Of a stretch of 64,000 nucleotides of DNA, positions 12,206 to 24,355 are shown one piece after another (the stretch's first letter is position 1; each line of letters begins with the position of its first letter). Source of the DNA: Octopus bimaculoides. Taxonomy: Eukaryota. The notes under the pieces are model-generated. The model did not search any database. It was given only the letters and a program-made list of their open reading frames with translations, and was not told the DNA's origin. The stretch covers positions 8,613,880-8,677,879 of the forward strand of contig NC_068989.1 in NCBI RefSeq assembly GCF_001194135.2. Reading direction: 5' to 3'. A program made the position numbers and the translations under genes.

Positions 12206-13198
12206 TGGTAATCAAGGGTGTGCAGAATCGTATGAACGTCGGACAAAATGCCTTGCAGACATTTTCTGGCATTTACCATTTTTATTTCATATCCTACCGG
12301 AGTCAATTTTCCTTTCACTTCTCATAGCTCGATAAAAGAAAGTAGTAGTCTCATATTGGAGTCGATGTTGCCAATTGAACACCTCCCTTCAAAATCGTTG
12401 GTTTCGTACCTTAATTAGAAGCATTTATTATGTTAATTGGTGCGGCGGAAGGATAGATACAGTAGAATGTCAGACCAAGTAATTTTCGCATTTATTAACA
12501 ATAATTTGATGAAATACTACTTCAGAACTGGTAACGATATAAGTGACTAGATATATTCTCCATTTTTTTCTTTTTACCTATAAAAATCTATAACATACTA
12601 GCTGTTAACTAGTATGTATCTATCAATAATTATCTCAGATACCATCAAGCAGTACATCTGTGTGGCTGAAAGATTTATTGGGAAACTAAAGAAAGCACGC
12701 AAAGTTAGAAATTTACAAAACCTGTTCATTTATTTAATTTTAGTCAACGTGACTGGAACATTATTATTTTTGTATCTACCTGATTTAAGCGTGTGACATT
12801 TTGACAGTAAGATCGATCGGTCCGAACGATATAGTTTCATTTAATTTGTGGCTTGTGTGACTGGAATTCTCAGGACAGTGAAATGAATGGCTCAAATAGC
12901 GTAAATTACTTTTGTTATCTTTTTAGTTATCACGTGCCATGGGTTATGCAGAGGTGATAAGGGTTAGTATCATCCAAAGTGTGATAAAAGTCGGAATGTA
13001 TATTTTAGCATTGTTTTATTCTTCACGAACACCTTTGATTAAAAGATATGAAGAATCTTTACAGAAATTATTTGTAAAGTATGATAGAGCTTATATCTGT
13101 TATCCATCTGGATGCTTATGATGGAAAGCACTCAGAAGAACTTGGGACTATTTACGTAAATTATTCAAACATGTGATGAAAAAAGACGTTCCAACGAT

Positions 13199-13320
13199 TC
13201 CGAGATTGACATGACCTTTTATTCTTTCGAGTCAATAAAATAAATAGTAGCGGAGCACTAGTTTCAACGTTATCGACTTCGTTCTTCCAAAATTCCAGGA
13301 CTTGTGCATATTGCAGAGAG
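13199..13320 (+). mobile_element. SINE family A, 5'-truncated degenerate
   Basis: ccgagattgac...ttctttcgagtcaataaaataaatagtag...aaaattccaggacttgtgc matches the family A core and tail. Confidence 0.55.
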
Positions 13321-13733
13321 TTATTTTACATTCATTTATGCGCTATATATTATTCTTCTATTCTCATTCTAAGATCTGTATGTTAGACTATGTTAAACTC
13401 AAAAGCCCTAATTAGTCTGAAGCATCCTGGAGTCGCCACAGTAGAACCAAAGAACAGAGACGCTCTCCATTACGTTTTATAATTAAGCTTTAAAAATTTA
13501 TATTCTATGTTTCCTCATCTGTCATTCTTGGCCAGATTAAATTATTTTTATAATAAATTTTCTCTCTTCAGCATAGGTATAATTGTTTTATAATTAGAGT
13601 ATTCAGAGGGTAAATTATCTTGCTTAACTCTCTGACCAACCTGCTAATATCCTGTTGGAATGAATCAATATGCTAGATACTTTTGATAATGTATAGACAA
13701 CAGATTCTGGATTTCATCATTAACTGATGATAA

Positions 13734-13925
13734 GACGGCAAGCTGGTAGAAGCGTTAGCATGCCAGACAGAACTCTTACTGGCATTTCGTCTGTCTTAAC
13801 CTTCTAAGTTCAAATTCCACCGAGGTCGACTTTGCCCTTCATCCTTTCAGTGTTCATAAAATGAAGTACCAGTTGCACATTTGAGCCGCAAAATTTCTGG
13901 CTTTGTGGCTATAGCTGAAAGTACT
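13734..13925 (+). mobile_element. tRNA-derived SINE family A
   Basis: gacggcaagctggtagaagcgttagcatgcc...ttctaagttcaaattccaccgaggtcgactttgcccttcatcctttc...aagtaccagttg. Confidence 0.85.
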
Positions 13926-16355
13926 ATTAACTAATGATAGCGTAATATTTAATGTAAAAGAGGTAGAGTTATAACTGCTCGTCTCTGTATTTCTTTGTAT
14001 GAAATTTGTTGTATATTTAAGTAAGAATTTCTTGATCAACTATTGATCAAGCATAGATTTGGTTCTACATGACATTAAGTTGGTACATTGTAGCATAAAA
14101 AATGATTGCATTGTATTCTAGAGAAATCATTGCGACAATTTAAATGATTTCATTGCTCTATTATATAATATTTATTTTACTTATCAAAATATATGCAATT
14201 TTACTGAGATAGCAGAGATAGCAATGGCGCTGGACGGCTTTGTGTGTTACAATAGAATTCACATTAACTGACAAGGTTTTGCTTAAATTTGATATAACAA
14301 TTTATTTTCAAGATTTGTAAGAATCCTTTTAAGCTGACAGTTTTTTTTTCCTTTTCCTTTACAAAGTAATAACATATTTACTTCATTTTCATGTACAGAG
14401 AAATACATCATTTTAAAATTTTCAATTAAAATATTTTTAGAATCAAATCAAATATCTTGAAATTACTATTTTCGTTTTTCACCTCTCAAGGGTAAAGTGT
14501 CCATTATGAAAACGTTTGAATAAAGAATCCATTGCAAAATTCTTCATAAACCTTTCTATTGCCATATATTCTCTCTTTCGTTTTACATTTCTTTGCAAAA
14601 TTACTGACGGGGAAAGAATACAAGTTAGACTGTTCACTTGTGAGTGTTGATATGAAAAATAAGTTTAATTAGAAGTGATTCCAGTCAATTGATTTTTATT
14701 GAAGGTGGAGAATAAAACCTTGAAATAGAATAAAAGTAAATTAAGCAATTGACAACATGGTTCTCTTGAAATGTCAAGAAATGAAATATCTTAGAGAAAT
14801 CATATTGAAATTATAGTTTTATATCATTTTTGTTATTTCATTTCTTTATTACTTTCCTCGTTCATTTGTGATACAAGTGGAGCGACTTAAATATTTCCGA
14901 ATGTATAATTCTCTGTGTGATTGTTTATGCATATGCATCAACGCATACGTATATATGTGAGTTCTAATATTTGCCATTGCATAATATGGTGTATCTTATA
15001 TTCCTTTCATCCTCCTAGTTGTTGTGGTATATAGCTGGGTATATTCAGTTTTATATATTATTTCGTTCGGAACGAAAACAATACTGAACACGTCTTGTAG
15101 TCCCTAAGATTACACGACAAACTCCATTGGATATGTTCCTCTGTCAACTACATAACATTAAACCTGCAGATTATTGTGTTGGTCATATCTGAAGTCAGCT
15201 AGGTGGAATCTGTCAAAGCGTGTCAGTTGCTTACTCTCTGTGTTTATTAAGGGCGGTAAGCACTCCATAAAAAATCAGGCTCTATTTAGTATGTTTATTT
15301 TGATGTTATTACTGTACTAATGTGCTCATCTATAGGATGAAAGGCGGAGATATTGTATTTTGTTATGTATAATGGTGTTCCTTGATGTTGTATATATGCC
15401 TGGGGTTTCAAAATAGTTCTTCATACAGTGACTGTGAATGGGATGAGATTGAGGCATGCTGTTGTATCAAACTGTACCCGTCGCATAATTCTGTAGTCTT
15501 TTGTTCCAGTACTTTCATTCTATTGCATGCACGGTCTGTGTACAACCTATCATGTTGTACAGTGAGCTGATTTGTATTCTTTGTAGCTTATTGTGTGTTT
15601 TTGGAGAGACAATGGGCTAGAAAGCTCTAGTGTAACCCATGATCGATCTGATGGGTTTTTTCTGTTGGCCAAAACGTTAATATGAATGCTAAAAATTACT
15701 TCAGAAATGTTACATTTCATGAGAGTTATGTGAATCAGTTATCTTACTCGTATTTAAGGTTTTTCCCCATCTTCAATAATATCCAGTCGGCTGGAGTTAC
15801 TTCAAGTTTCATTTTTTTTTAAAGTCAACACACGGAATAGAATACCACAGAGATCCGTCTTCAAGCCTATTATTTTCAATCCATAACTAAACAGCCTTCT
15901 CAAACTCTGAAAAAAGCATACGACAGTCTTATACACAGATATCACCACAATGCCATACTCTTACCTTTATGCAAACACCGAGCGCTTGCATTCGTATTGA
16001 TTTTGAAGTCTTTAGTTGCATATTGAATATAACTAAGGTGTGGTGTACAAGATTGTTTTCCTTGATATGAACTGTATTTAAACAGTTAAAATAGACAACT
16101 TTGATGTAGCCCTTTTCTAGAATGTTGTCGGAATCTGTATTCATGAAATTGGCACAAGGTTGTCGTGGGATGCTTAAATATGTTGCACGACGTGGATGTT
16201 TATATGTCAAGTGTTAAGAAGTGGGTCGTTGTTCGAGATGACGTTGAATGTTTAGAAGGAAAAATGTGGAGAGCTAATGAATATATTGAGAAAGAACAAA
16301 ATATGTGAAAACATTGCATTTGCAAGATCTGACAGAAAATTACCGATCCAAGTCT

Positions 16356-16583
16356 TGCGAAACGAATTTAAAATGTTTCAAACGATGTTATTGTTAAGCA
16401 CATGTTGCGATGTGACGTTTGCGCAGTTGAATAAGTAAAGCAATGAGCATGTTTGGAATAGAAAAGAAAAAAAACATAGAGAAAATGATCAACGAAAAGA
16501 TGAAACACTGGAATACAGAAGTGATGGGAAGAAAGCAAAAACTTGGAAGAGTGAACATCAGACGGGGAATATTCTAAGATGAT
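16356..16583 (+). pseudogene. R4/Dong-like non-LTR retrotransposon reverse-transcriptase fragment
   Basis: Translation ...S*ISKAMSMFGIE...MKHWNTEVMGRKQKLGRVNIRRGIF*DD resembles the RT motif region PHSWI..C..FG....M..W.T.L....LG.V.I.RGIFQGD of R4/Dong-type RLE LINEs (recalled consensus). Confidence 0.65.
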
Positions 16584-17194
16584 GTCAAAGGAGTTATTGG
16601 GGAAAACGGAACTTTGAGTCACACTAGGTTTTTATGAATTGTAGGATAAACGGACTGCTATGGCTACAAGAAATGAGATATGCATGAAGCCCATAAGTGG
16701 GAAATTTTACCAAAATGTATGTGTACGAGATAGGTTGCAAGGCTTTGTCACAAGTGAATCTGATTTATATAAGCTGTAATTACGAATACTTAGTTATCTT
16801 TTATCTCCGTTAAATGTTTGTCCTCTTGTACTTAAGAGTTAGTCATTCATCTAGATTTCTGTTTTCCATATTGTTTCAAAGAGAGTTTTATTCTGGCTTT
16901 AATTGATATCCGCTGATATGTATTTATCTTTAATCTTTTACTTGTCTCAGTCACTGGACTGCAGCATGCTAGGGCACGGCCTTGAAGACATTCTTATTCA
17001 TTTATCTATTGTGAAACATATCAACCCTACTACACATTTTTTAAAATTTGGCACATATCATATTGATAAATTATGTCGAAACCTTATGTAACGAGGATGT
17101 AAACAAACCAAAACTAGTTGCCAAATGGTAGGCACAAATGCTTACCTACGCATACACATACATATAATGGACTGCCACACAGATTATGTCTGCC

Positions 17195-17280
17195 AAACTC
17201 ACAAGATATTGTAAAAGACACTTGCCCAAACAGTCGCGCAATGGTAGTGAACCCAAAACCATGTAGTTGCAAAGCATTCT
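17195..17280 (-). mobile_element. SINE family B fragment
   Basis: aaaagacacttgcccaaa...gcgcaatggtagtgaacccaaaaccatgtagttgcaaagc aligns with 60100-60170. Confidence 0.7.
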
Positions 17281-17999
17281 GTGTATTATTAATCATGCCA
17301 ATATTTAGTTGTGAGTGGCCTTTCTCGAGGTTTTCTCCTCGTGGTCTCGGGTTTGGTCTTCGTACGCAATGTGCATGGCTGATTCGTTGTGCACATAGTA
17401 CCAATAGAAGCAGCATTAAATTAAAATAGCCAACTATTTATCATACATACTTAAAATAGATCGTTGTAAGGCATATGTACCACGGTATTCGTCCCGCGAA
17501 AGCATATTTTGTGGACCCGTTCCGTTTCAAAACACCATATGTATTGGGGTGCAACGAAAATTGTACCAGCAATGGCTATCGAGAATGCCAGATGTATTTT
17601 GGCCACGTTGGACCGCTGGACCTTGTCAATGGTGTTTACTAAAAGCCTACCACATGCTTAAACAAGATTTGCCACCTACGATATAGAGAAAAATATGAAA
17701 AATATTCACTGATATTGCGAATAGCCCACTAACTGAATAAAAATCTGTTATTTGCAATAGAAACAGTATTAGATTATTATACTTAATGTAAATACATTAG
17801 AAGGCAGATTTACTGCAGGTATTTAATACTGATTCTATTGCATATAACTGATTTTTATTCAGTTGGGCGGTCATTTACAATATCAGTGGGTGTCTTTAAG
17901 GTTATATTATACATCAGAGGTGGTAGGTCCATAAGGGATGTCATCTCCGGATGAATACGCAGTAAGAAATATGCATGGCTGTGTATATATGTATGTATG

Positions 18000-18042
<43 letters not shown>

Positions 18043-18767
18043 GTGTATGTGTATGTGCATGTGTGTAACGTTTTTTTCCAAACAGCTTCCGTTTAACTAA
18101 TCCCCTAATTCCGCTCAAAGACATTGCTCTACTCGATAAAACACAGAAGACTCGTCCAATATGCTATGTTCATGGCTTGAACGTATTTGCACAATCAAGA
18201 TCAGAACATGTTATTTATTTTCTTTGTGTTACGAGGACCCAGGTGTTTTAGATTCCTTTCGGACCTTATTTATTAGCGTCAGTGGTTGTCTGCTTCGTTT
18301 TATTTTCTTCGCTGAAGATATTATATTTCTGTTTGTGATATCTAATTTCTTTGTGTATTTATTTTGTTAATCTGCGAACAATCACTAATTTATTTGAAAT
18401 TAGTGTTTCTTTTATTTTAGCTTCATTTTTTAATTTCTTTTATGCTATAAATTTAATACGTTGCTTTTATACTACTACTGTGTATTAAGACTAGTATAGC
18501 TGTTTAATATGTGTATAACAGTCCTTGGCTTATTTTTCTTTCTTTTTTTTGTTTTGTTTGATACATTGTTCTCTCATAATTTCTGTTTTATTGGCAACGA
18601 TGATTCTTTTTATTAAAGAAGTGGGCTTAAATTGTGGATGCACTTCATTTGTGATGCGTGTATCTCTATAAATGATACTAGTGTTGCTATGAAATGAGAT
18701 AGCTTTAACCGTTAATCAAAGCTGCGCTGAAGTTACAGAAACCAGAAGCTTAGTTTTAATTCTATTA

Positions 18768-18803
<36 letters not shown>

Positions 18804-18812
18804 TTCTCTCTT
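18768..18812. repeat. (CT)n microsatellite
   Basis: Near-pure CT run. Confidence 0.95.
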
Positions 18813-19390
18813 TCAGTATTGTAGTTAAAACTACAGAATAAAATTAAACTTCATCCTCAAACTGATATTAAGATTTATACTTTAATCTTAATTTGTTTTC
18901 TTTTATAAAATTAATGTCCGTGATTTTGATAACATTTTCAATAAATTGACCAGGCAATATAAAATTTCATGTGAAAATCAATGATAAAATATTTAAAAAT
19001 ATTTCCAATTGAAGCAACCTGCAAGTGTCGTGAAAGTTCAACAAACAACAGATTCTTAATTAAATAAATATTCTGTTTACAGTTAGCAAATACAAGTTAA
19101 CTCACAATTAGGCCATAGACTTTATGAATTTCCGGTGATTATTACACTTACAATATACAAAATTAGCAATATCGATGCATAACGTTTTTTGCTTTTAATG
19201 AATAATTGTGTTCGGCTAGAGAATATTTATTCGTGCTAAACTATCTTAATTACATATTTCACCTATTAAACAGCAGAGTTCCGTTTCTTGGCGCTAAAAT
19301 AATGTAAAAACGGTTATTTGACAAACGAAATAAAGTTTGAAATAAATTTTCCTTTAAAGCGTTGTTTCTCGCTTTTCAAGCCTTATGTCA

Positions 19391-19434
19391 CTGGAGAGTT
19401 TTATATTTTGATGGCAAAATATAAAACTCTCCAG
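19391..19434. repeat. Perfect 20-bp inverted repeat (hairpin, 4-nt loop)
   Basis: CTGGAGAGTTTTATATTTTG-atgg-CAAAATATAAAACTCTCCAG. Confidence 0.95.
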
Positions 19435-20206
19435 ATGATAAAGTGTTGAGGCTTTATATTCAGTCATAACCATAAATACATTTCATTTGAAGAACAACTA
19501 AGAAGTTTAAAGTGTTTGTCGTGTCAACTTTTGCTCTCTGTTGTTGATTCGTCTAAATGTTTGCAGTGGGAGCTATGTGATTAGCAAGTGCGTATTAAAA
19601 AGATGTCTATTTACTTCCTTATTTGTTTTAAGTTCTTGGGAAAGGATCAATTTGTCAAGCAGGCATTTAGTTCTTCCCTGAAGTATGCTTTAATTTTCTG
19701 CCTTAATTAAGACCTGAATAAACTTCTACTCGGTCATTTTGACTTGCTCGCACTTCGACCATATTTCTTCAAACAAAGTATTTTTAGAAAACAAAAGGCT
19801 AATTAGATGATGCGACTTAGATATACAAAAAAGACAACATCGTTACAGCTGGATTACCTTTGTTCTGTTTACTCACGACTGACCAAGGAGTAAACATCCT
19901 TTCTGAAGTTCGTTAAGTTCAGTTTATATTTTAAATTGAAGCATTTTTTTTCTTTTTTTCAAGATTCGGTGCTATAGATTTCTTAGTTCTAGATTCAGTA
20001 TTACGCTTTTGGTAAGGGTGGGTCAGAAAGGAAGAAAGAAAGGCAAATCTTGTTGTATGTTGTCTTTGTAGGAATGAACATAACTTTCAGAATTTAAACT
20101 CTTATTTTTTTAAAAATAAAATTGTTATTGCAAATCTGTACATGCCGTATCTTTGATACTACGCAGCCTCAACTGAATGACAGGGTTGTAATTTAAGGAG
20201 TTGATG

Positions 20207-20460
20207 TATGCCCACGGGCATATGGCGTAGTGGTTAAGAGCGCGGGATACTAACTCCAAGATTCTGAGTTCGATTCCAAGCAGTGACCTGAATAATAATA
20301 ATAATAATAATAATAACATCGAAAAATACCTTAGGAATGATAACCCAGGTTCGAAATTTCCCCAAGACACCTGATGAAGGCTGGTGGGTATATCAGCCGA
20401 AACGTTGTGTTAACAACAAACAAGATGAGGACAAATATCCGTCAAATGTAAATAATGTAT
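20207..20460 (+). mobile_element. tRNA-SINE with intact hammerhead ribozyme module
   Basis: Short palindrome TATGCCC-ac-GGGCATA at the 5' end, A box TGGCGTAGTGG (20223), B box GAGTTCGATTCC (20267), (AAT)n linker, hammerhead 20366-20411, tail ending aaataatgta. Highly similar to 11355-11610. Confidence 0.92.
20366..20411 (+). ncRNA. Minimal type-I hammerhead ribozyme motif (best-preserved copy)
   Basis: Helix I GACAC (20366-20370) / GUGUU (20407-20411), CUGAUGA (20371-20377), extra A (20378), helix II GGCUG (20379-20383) / CAGCC (20394-20398), GAAA (20399-20402), then CG-U-U. Confidence 0.75.
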
Positions 20461-22347
20461 AAATTGAGTGACTCTTTAAGTCTAGCTACGTTCTCTAAAT
20501 GTTGTAGTAGTGTATTCTTGATTCATTTAGCGGATGAAAACTAATATATTTGCTCTAAGGAGATATGATACATAATTTGGTTGGGTTTGTTTGATGGGAT
20601 TTGAACAGATCGTAACAGCTGGGTCGATCTCGGAACCGGAGAATCAAAAATGGATACAGCAAATCTAATCCTCAATTCTTTTATGAATGCCGAAGTAACC
20701 CCTATCCTGATATGAATGTTTATTCATTAGTTTGAATAAATACTAAAATTATAATTCAGAGCTCTGAAGTTATTATTTCCTGTATAATTACACTCTGTAG
20801 AGAAAACTGTCATAATAAAAATACAAGCAATTACTTTATGTATAAAATTACGGTATGATATTGCTATTTCAATATCTAATCAATGAAACAGCCGTTTGGA
20901 AAATATCTTCAACTTTATCAATTATCTGCTTAATGATAGATACAAAATTAGCCAATATTCACTTATGTAGAAAATAGCATTATTTTTTTTTTACACTGAA
21001 ATTATTTCCGCATTATAATTCAACTAATAATAAAGTTGTCCTTTGATTTATTATTATATATATTCATTAAAAATAGTTATTGCAATTTTTTTTCTTTCTA
21101 TCACTTTTTGAATATTTCTGAATTGCCTTTAAACATTCTTTTAAACAAAATTTAAATCTACATTTATAACCCTGAATATAAGCAGTATTTTGAAGATTTC
21201 CGATAATTATTGATCAATATAGAAGCCTGCTATTCAATAGAAGGAGTATTGTTAAAGAAAATAAGTAGCCTTATCGTGAATGAGAAGATATGATTTATAA
21301 ATGTATACGTTCTTTGCATCATTATATTTTCATACTTAGAAAATGAACTTCTAAATTGTTAAATATTGTTTTGGTTAATTTGAATGTTGGAGGGAGAGGC
21401 ATTGTTATCTATAACGAAAAGCTACCTCGGGAGGGTACAGTGCAGCAACGTATAATGCTGCAAGGCAAATGAAATCGATTACTTTAATGGGATTTTTAAG
21501 GAATGAGAATGGTTATATTTCGTATCAACGGCCATAGCCGGAGGGAACCACACGAATCTTTTTTTCAGGAACTATACTCGGAATTTATAATGATTCAAAA
21601 TAAAAATGCAATTAACTCGAGTATTCAAGAATTTACATTCTTACTGAAAATTATCCAAAAAGGGAACATATTTGCGGTAAAAACATTTAGAGTGAGAGGT
21701 CCAGGTAGATGAATAAAATTATATGTATCATTAATTCTCCTGAACATCGTGTTAGAGGTGAAATGAAATTTAGTAAAAAGCCCGAAATGGTTTCCATTCG
21801 AAGTGGATGTAAACTTGCATACCTTACTAAAGCATTTGAAGAAGAAGAAACATTAATGCCACAACCCTTAATTCTTCCATTAAAGCCGTATATTTCGCTT
21901 AATTAAAATATAGTGTTATTTCAAATATACTATTACTTAGAATTTACTTTGTCTGGCTTGGCGTAGGATCCTACACAACTCCTTTTTAAATTGATCCCTT
22001 ATCTCCGGGGCTTCTACTTGGCTTTATACTAGAGAAAATCAAACCTTATCTGTAATGTCGTCACTACTTTCAAAATTTTCACTTGGCAAATTGTGTTTTA
22101 TTGTAGTTGCTATTTTTTATTGTTTACTGTATAATTTAAAATGATCTTACTGTGTTTTTTTACTGTTTTCTCTTAAAAATGTGATTTTTACATCTGTCAA
22201 AATAAAAATTCTACTTGGTTACGTTCGTCTATGCTAATTTTTCTTTGTTTATTTGTGTGCGTGGCAGAATGTCAACATACTTTTATTTCTCTATATTGGT
22301 GGATATCATCATTATAGCAGAAGTTGATGTGTTTGCAAAAAATATCA

Positions 22348-22350
<3 letters not shown>

Positions 22351-22391
<41 letters not shown>

Positions 22392-22550
22392 NNNNNNNNN
22401 NNNNNNNNNNNNNNNNNNNNNNNNNNNNNNNNNNNNNNNNNNNNNNNNNNNNNNNNNNNNNNNNNNNNNNNNNNNNNNNNNNNNNNNNNNNNNNNNNNNN
22501 NNNNNNNNNNNNNNNNNNNNNNNNNNNNNNNNNNNNNNNNNNNNNNNNNN

Positions 22551-22647
<97 letters not shown>
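22351..22647. repeat. (TA)n + assembly gap (22392-22550) + (AAT)n
   Basis: Direct reading of the sequence. Confidence 0.98.
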
Positions 22648-22649
<2 letters not shown>

Positions 22650-22959
22650 TTCTCGTATTTTGATACAAGGCCAATATTTTATAGACAAGAGGCTTTTTCG
22701 ATATCATCAACCTCAATATTTGACTGATCAGTTTTTTTTATCAATATCGATAAAATAAGGATCTACGGTAAAGCCGACTTCGGCAGCATTTGATCTTAGA
22801 AAATTAAGAGACAGAAGAAGTAACGTTAAACATTTGTACGACGCGCTTACATTTCTACTCAATATCTTGTTAATTATAATAGCAATATTTCTTAGCTGCA
22901 ATTGAGTACATTAAAAACTACAAAGACATTGATAAAAAACAGTAAAATCACGCAGGAGT

Positions 22960-24355
22960 TTGCACATATACATCAATTTACAACAGAAATACTTCAGGAG
23001 CAATAGAATTTTAACAAAGCAAATTCCCAAACAGATGAGAGGCTTCCAAGAGCTATCCGTTGAAACCGCAAAAAAACACGGTCACCTTCATCACTTAAGC
23101 AAGTGCCCTACTCCCTATTCATTCTGTGTTCCTCTCATCTAAAGCAAGTACTCGAAGTACCTTTTAGTCTCGTCAAACATACGACCTCTTACGCTATGGC
23201 TACCAGTCTGATAAACATTACCTGTTCCTCTCAGCCAAAGTAAGGCTGTTGTGCGATCTTCAAAATGGACACAGCTTATCGCATAATCCATCCTATATGT
23301 GATAGACGGTGTTCTACAGAAACCCACCACTCAGAAATTCTCGAGCACTGGATGGATGTGTGAAAAACGGTTTTTTCATTCTGCGTGCATCTCGAATTGG
23401 TCTAGCTGAGTGCACTTCCCTACCTATGGAATTTATCTCGAATTTATCCTAGAACAGATTAGCCTTTTGATTTTTGCCAACGTTCACGGTTTTCCTAACA
23501 ATGTTATCGCATTTACCCACCACTAATCGCCTATAGAAGCCTATCATGGAATTTCTACCAATCGAATTTGTTGAATGGGAGGGAGTTGTGAACGCCTGAC
23601 GATATTTCCGGCGCTAATCCCTCTCTTGGTCTTAACGTGACCTAGGAGTGCAGCTCTGTCGAAAAGACGAGCTGGGGAAAAGGTGGCCACACCTGTTCTG
23701 ACAAAAGGTGGCCACACCTGTTCCCCGTTTAGGAGTTACTAGAGGTGTCGTAGCCTCAGCACCTGTCTTAACCATGGCTTAACCATCTTTAACCATGGCT
23801 TACCCAGCCCTTCACTCAATGTGTTTCTCACAAATGGGCCTTCTGACTACTAGAACGCGTGCGTTCCAATGATAGAGAAGGAAGAGTCACTCCAGTGTGT
23901 TCAGATGTGAACAGAGTCCAAGGCGGCAATAGAGGATGGATGCGATGTAAGCGTTCGGTACTTAAACTAGTCTTTCAGGGATAGTTTTCTCTTTGCTCAC
24001 TTCTGCGTGACGTATAAGCTTTCTGTCCTCAGTGGTCACGTAGGTTTGTGCTACCTAGATGATCGATTAGGTCTGAAGTGGATTCTATACTTCTTGATGC
24101 GTCTCGATTCATAGCTTTATCCTCTGGCCCGACTAATTTTGAACCTGCAAAATGTTCTATATCGAAGATGGCCGTCGTCACAAACCAAGAGATGTTTACA
24201 TTTTGAGGTACATCGTCTATCTTTATCTTTCTACTCTACGCTCAAGGATGGTTGGTATGATTACTTGTTTTTCACTCTTTAATATTGCTGTGGAGTTCTT
24301 CTTACTCACATCCTCTGTCGGGAACCTTACGGTAAAATGCTGTAAGCAATATAAT
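22960..24355 (-). pseudogene. Heavily decayed L1/Tx1-clade LINE relic (ORF2 C-terminus plus possible ORF1 segment)
   Basis: Minus strand gives FYRRLVVGKCDNIVRKTVNV (about 23480-23538), ARPIRD and FIRLVAIA*EVVCLTRLKG (about 23159-23215). These resemble the Tx1 ORF2 region around the CCHC knuckle (LVAxAKEVVWxTR). Upstream VRFPTEDVSKKNSTAILK...KIDDVPQNVNISWFVTTAI resembles an RRM-type ORF1. Based on recalled consensus; many stops. Confidence 0.5.

Noticed and set aside
21400-21906. Two short ORFs possibly from an L1 linker region (FFQELYSE)
   Set aside because: Similarity too weak to support.
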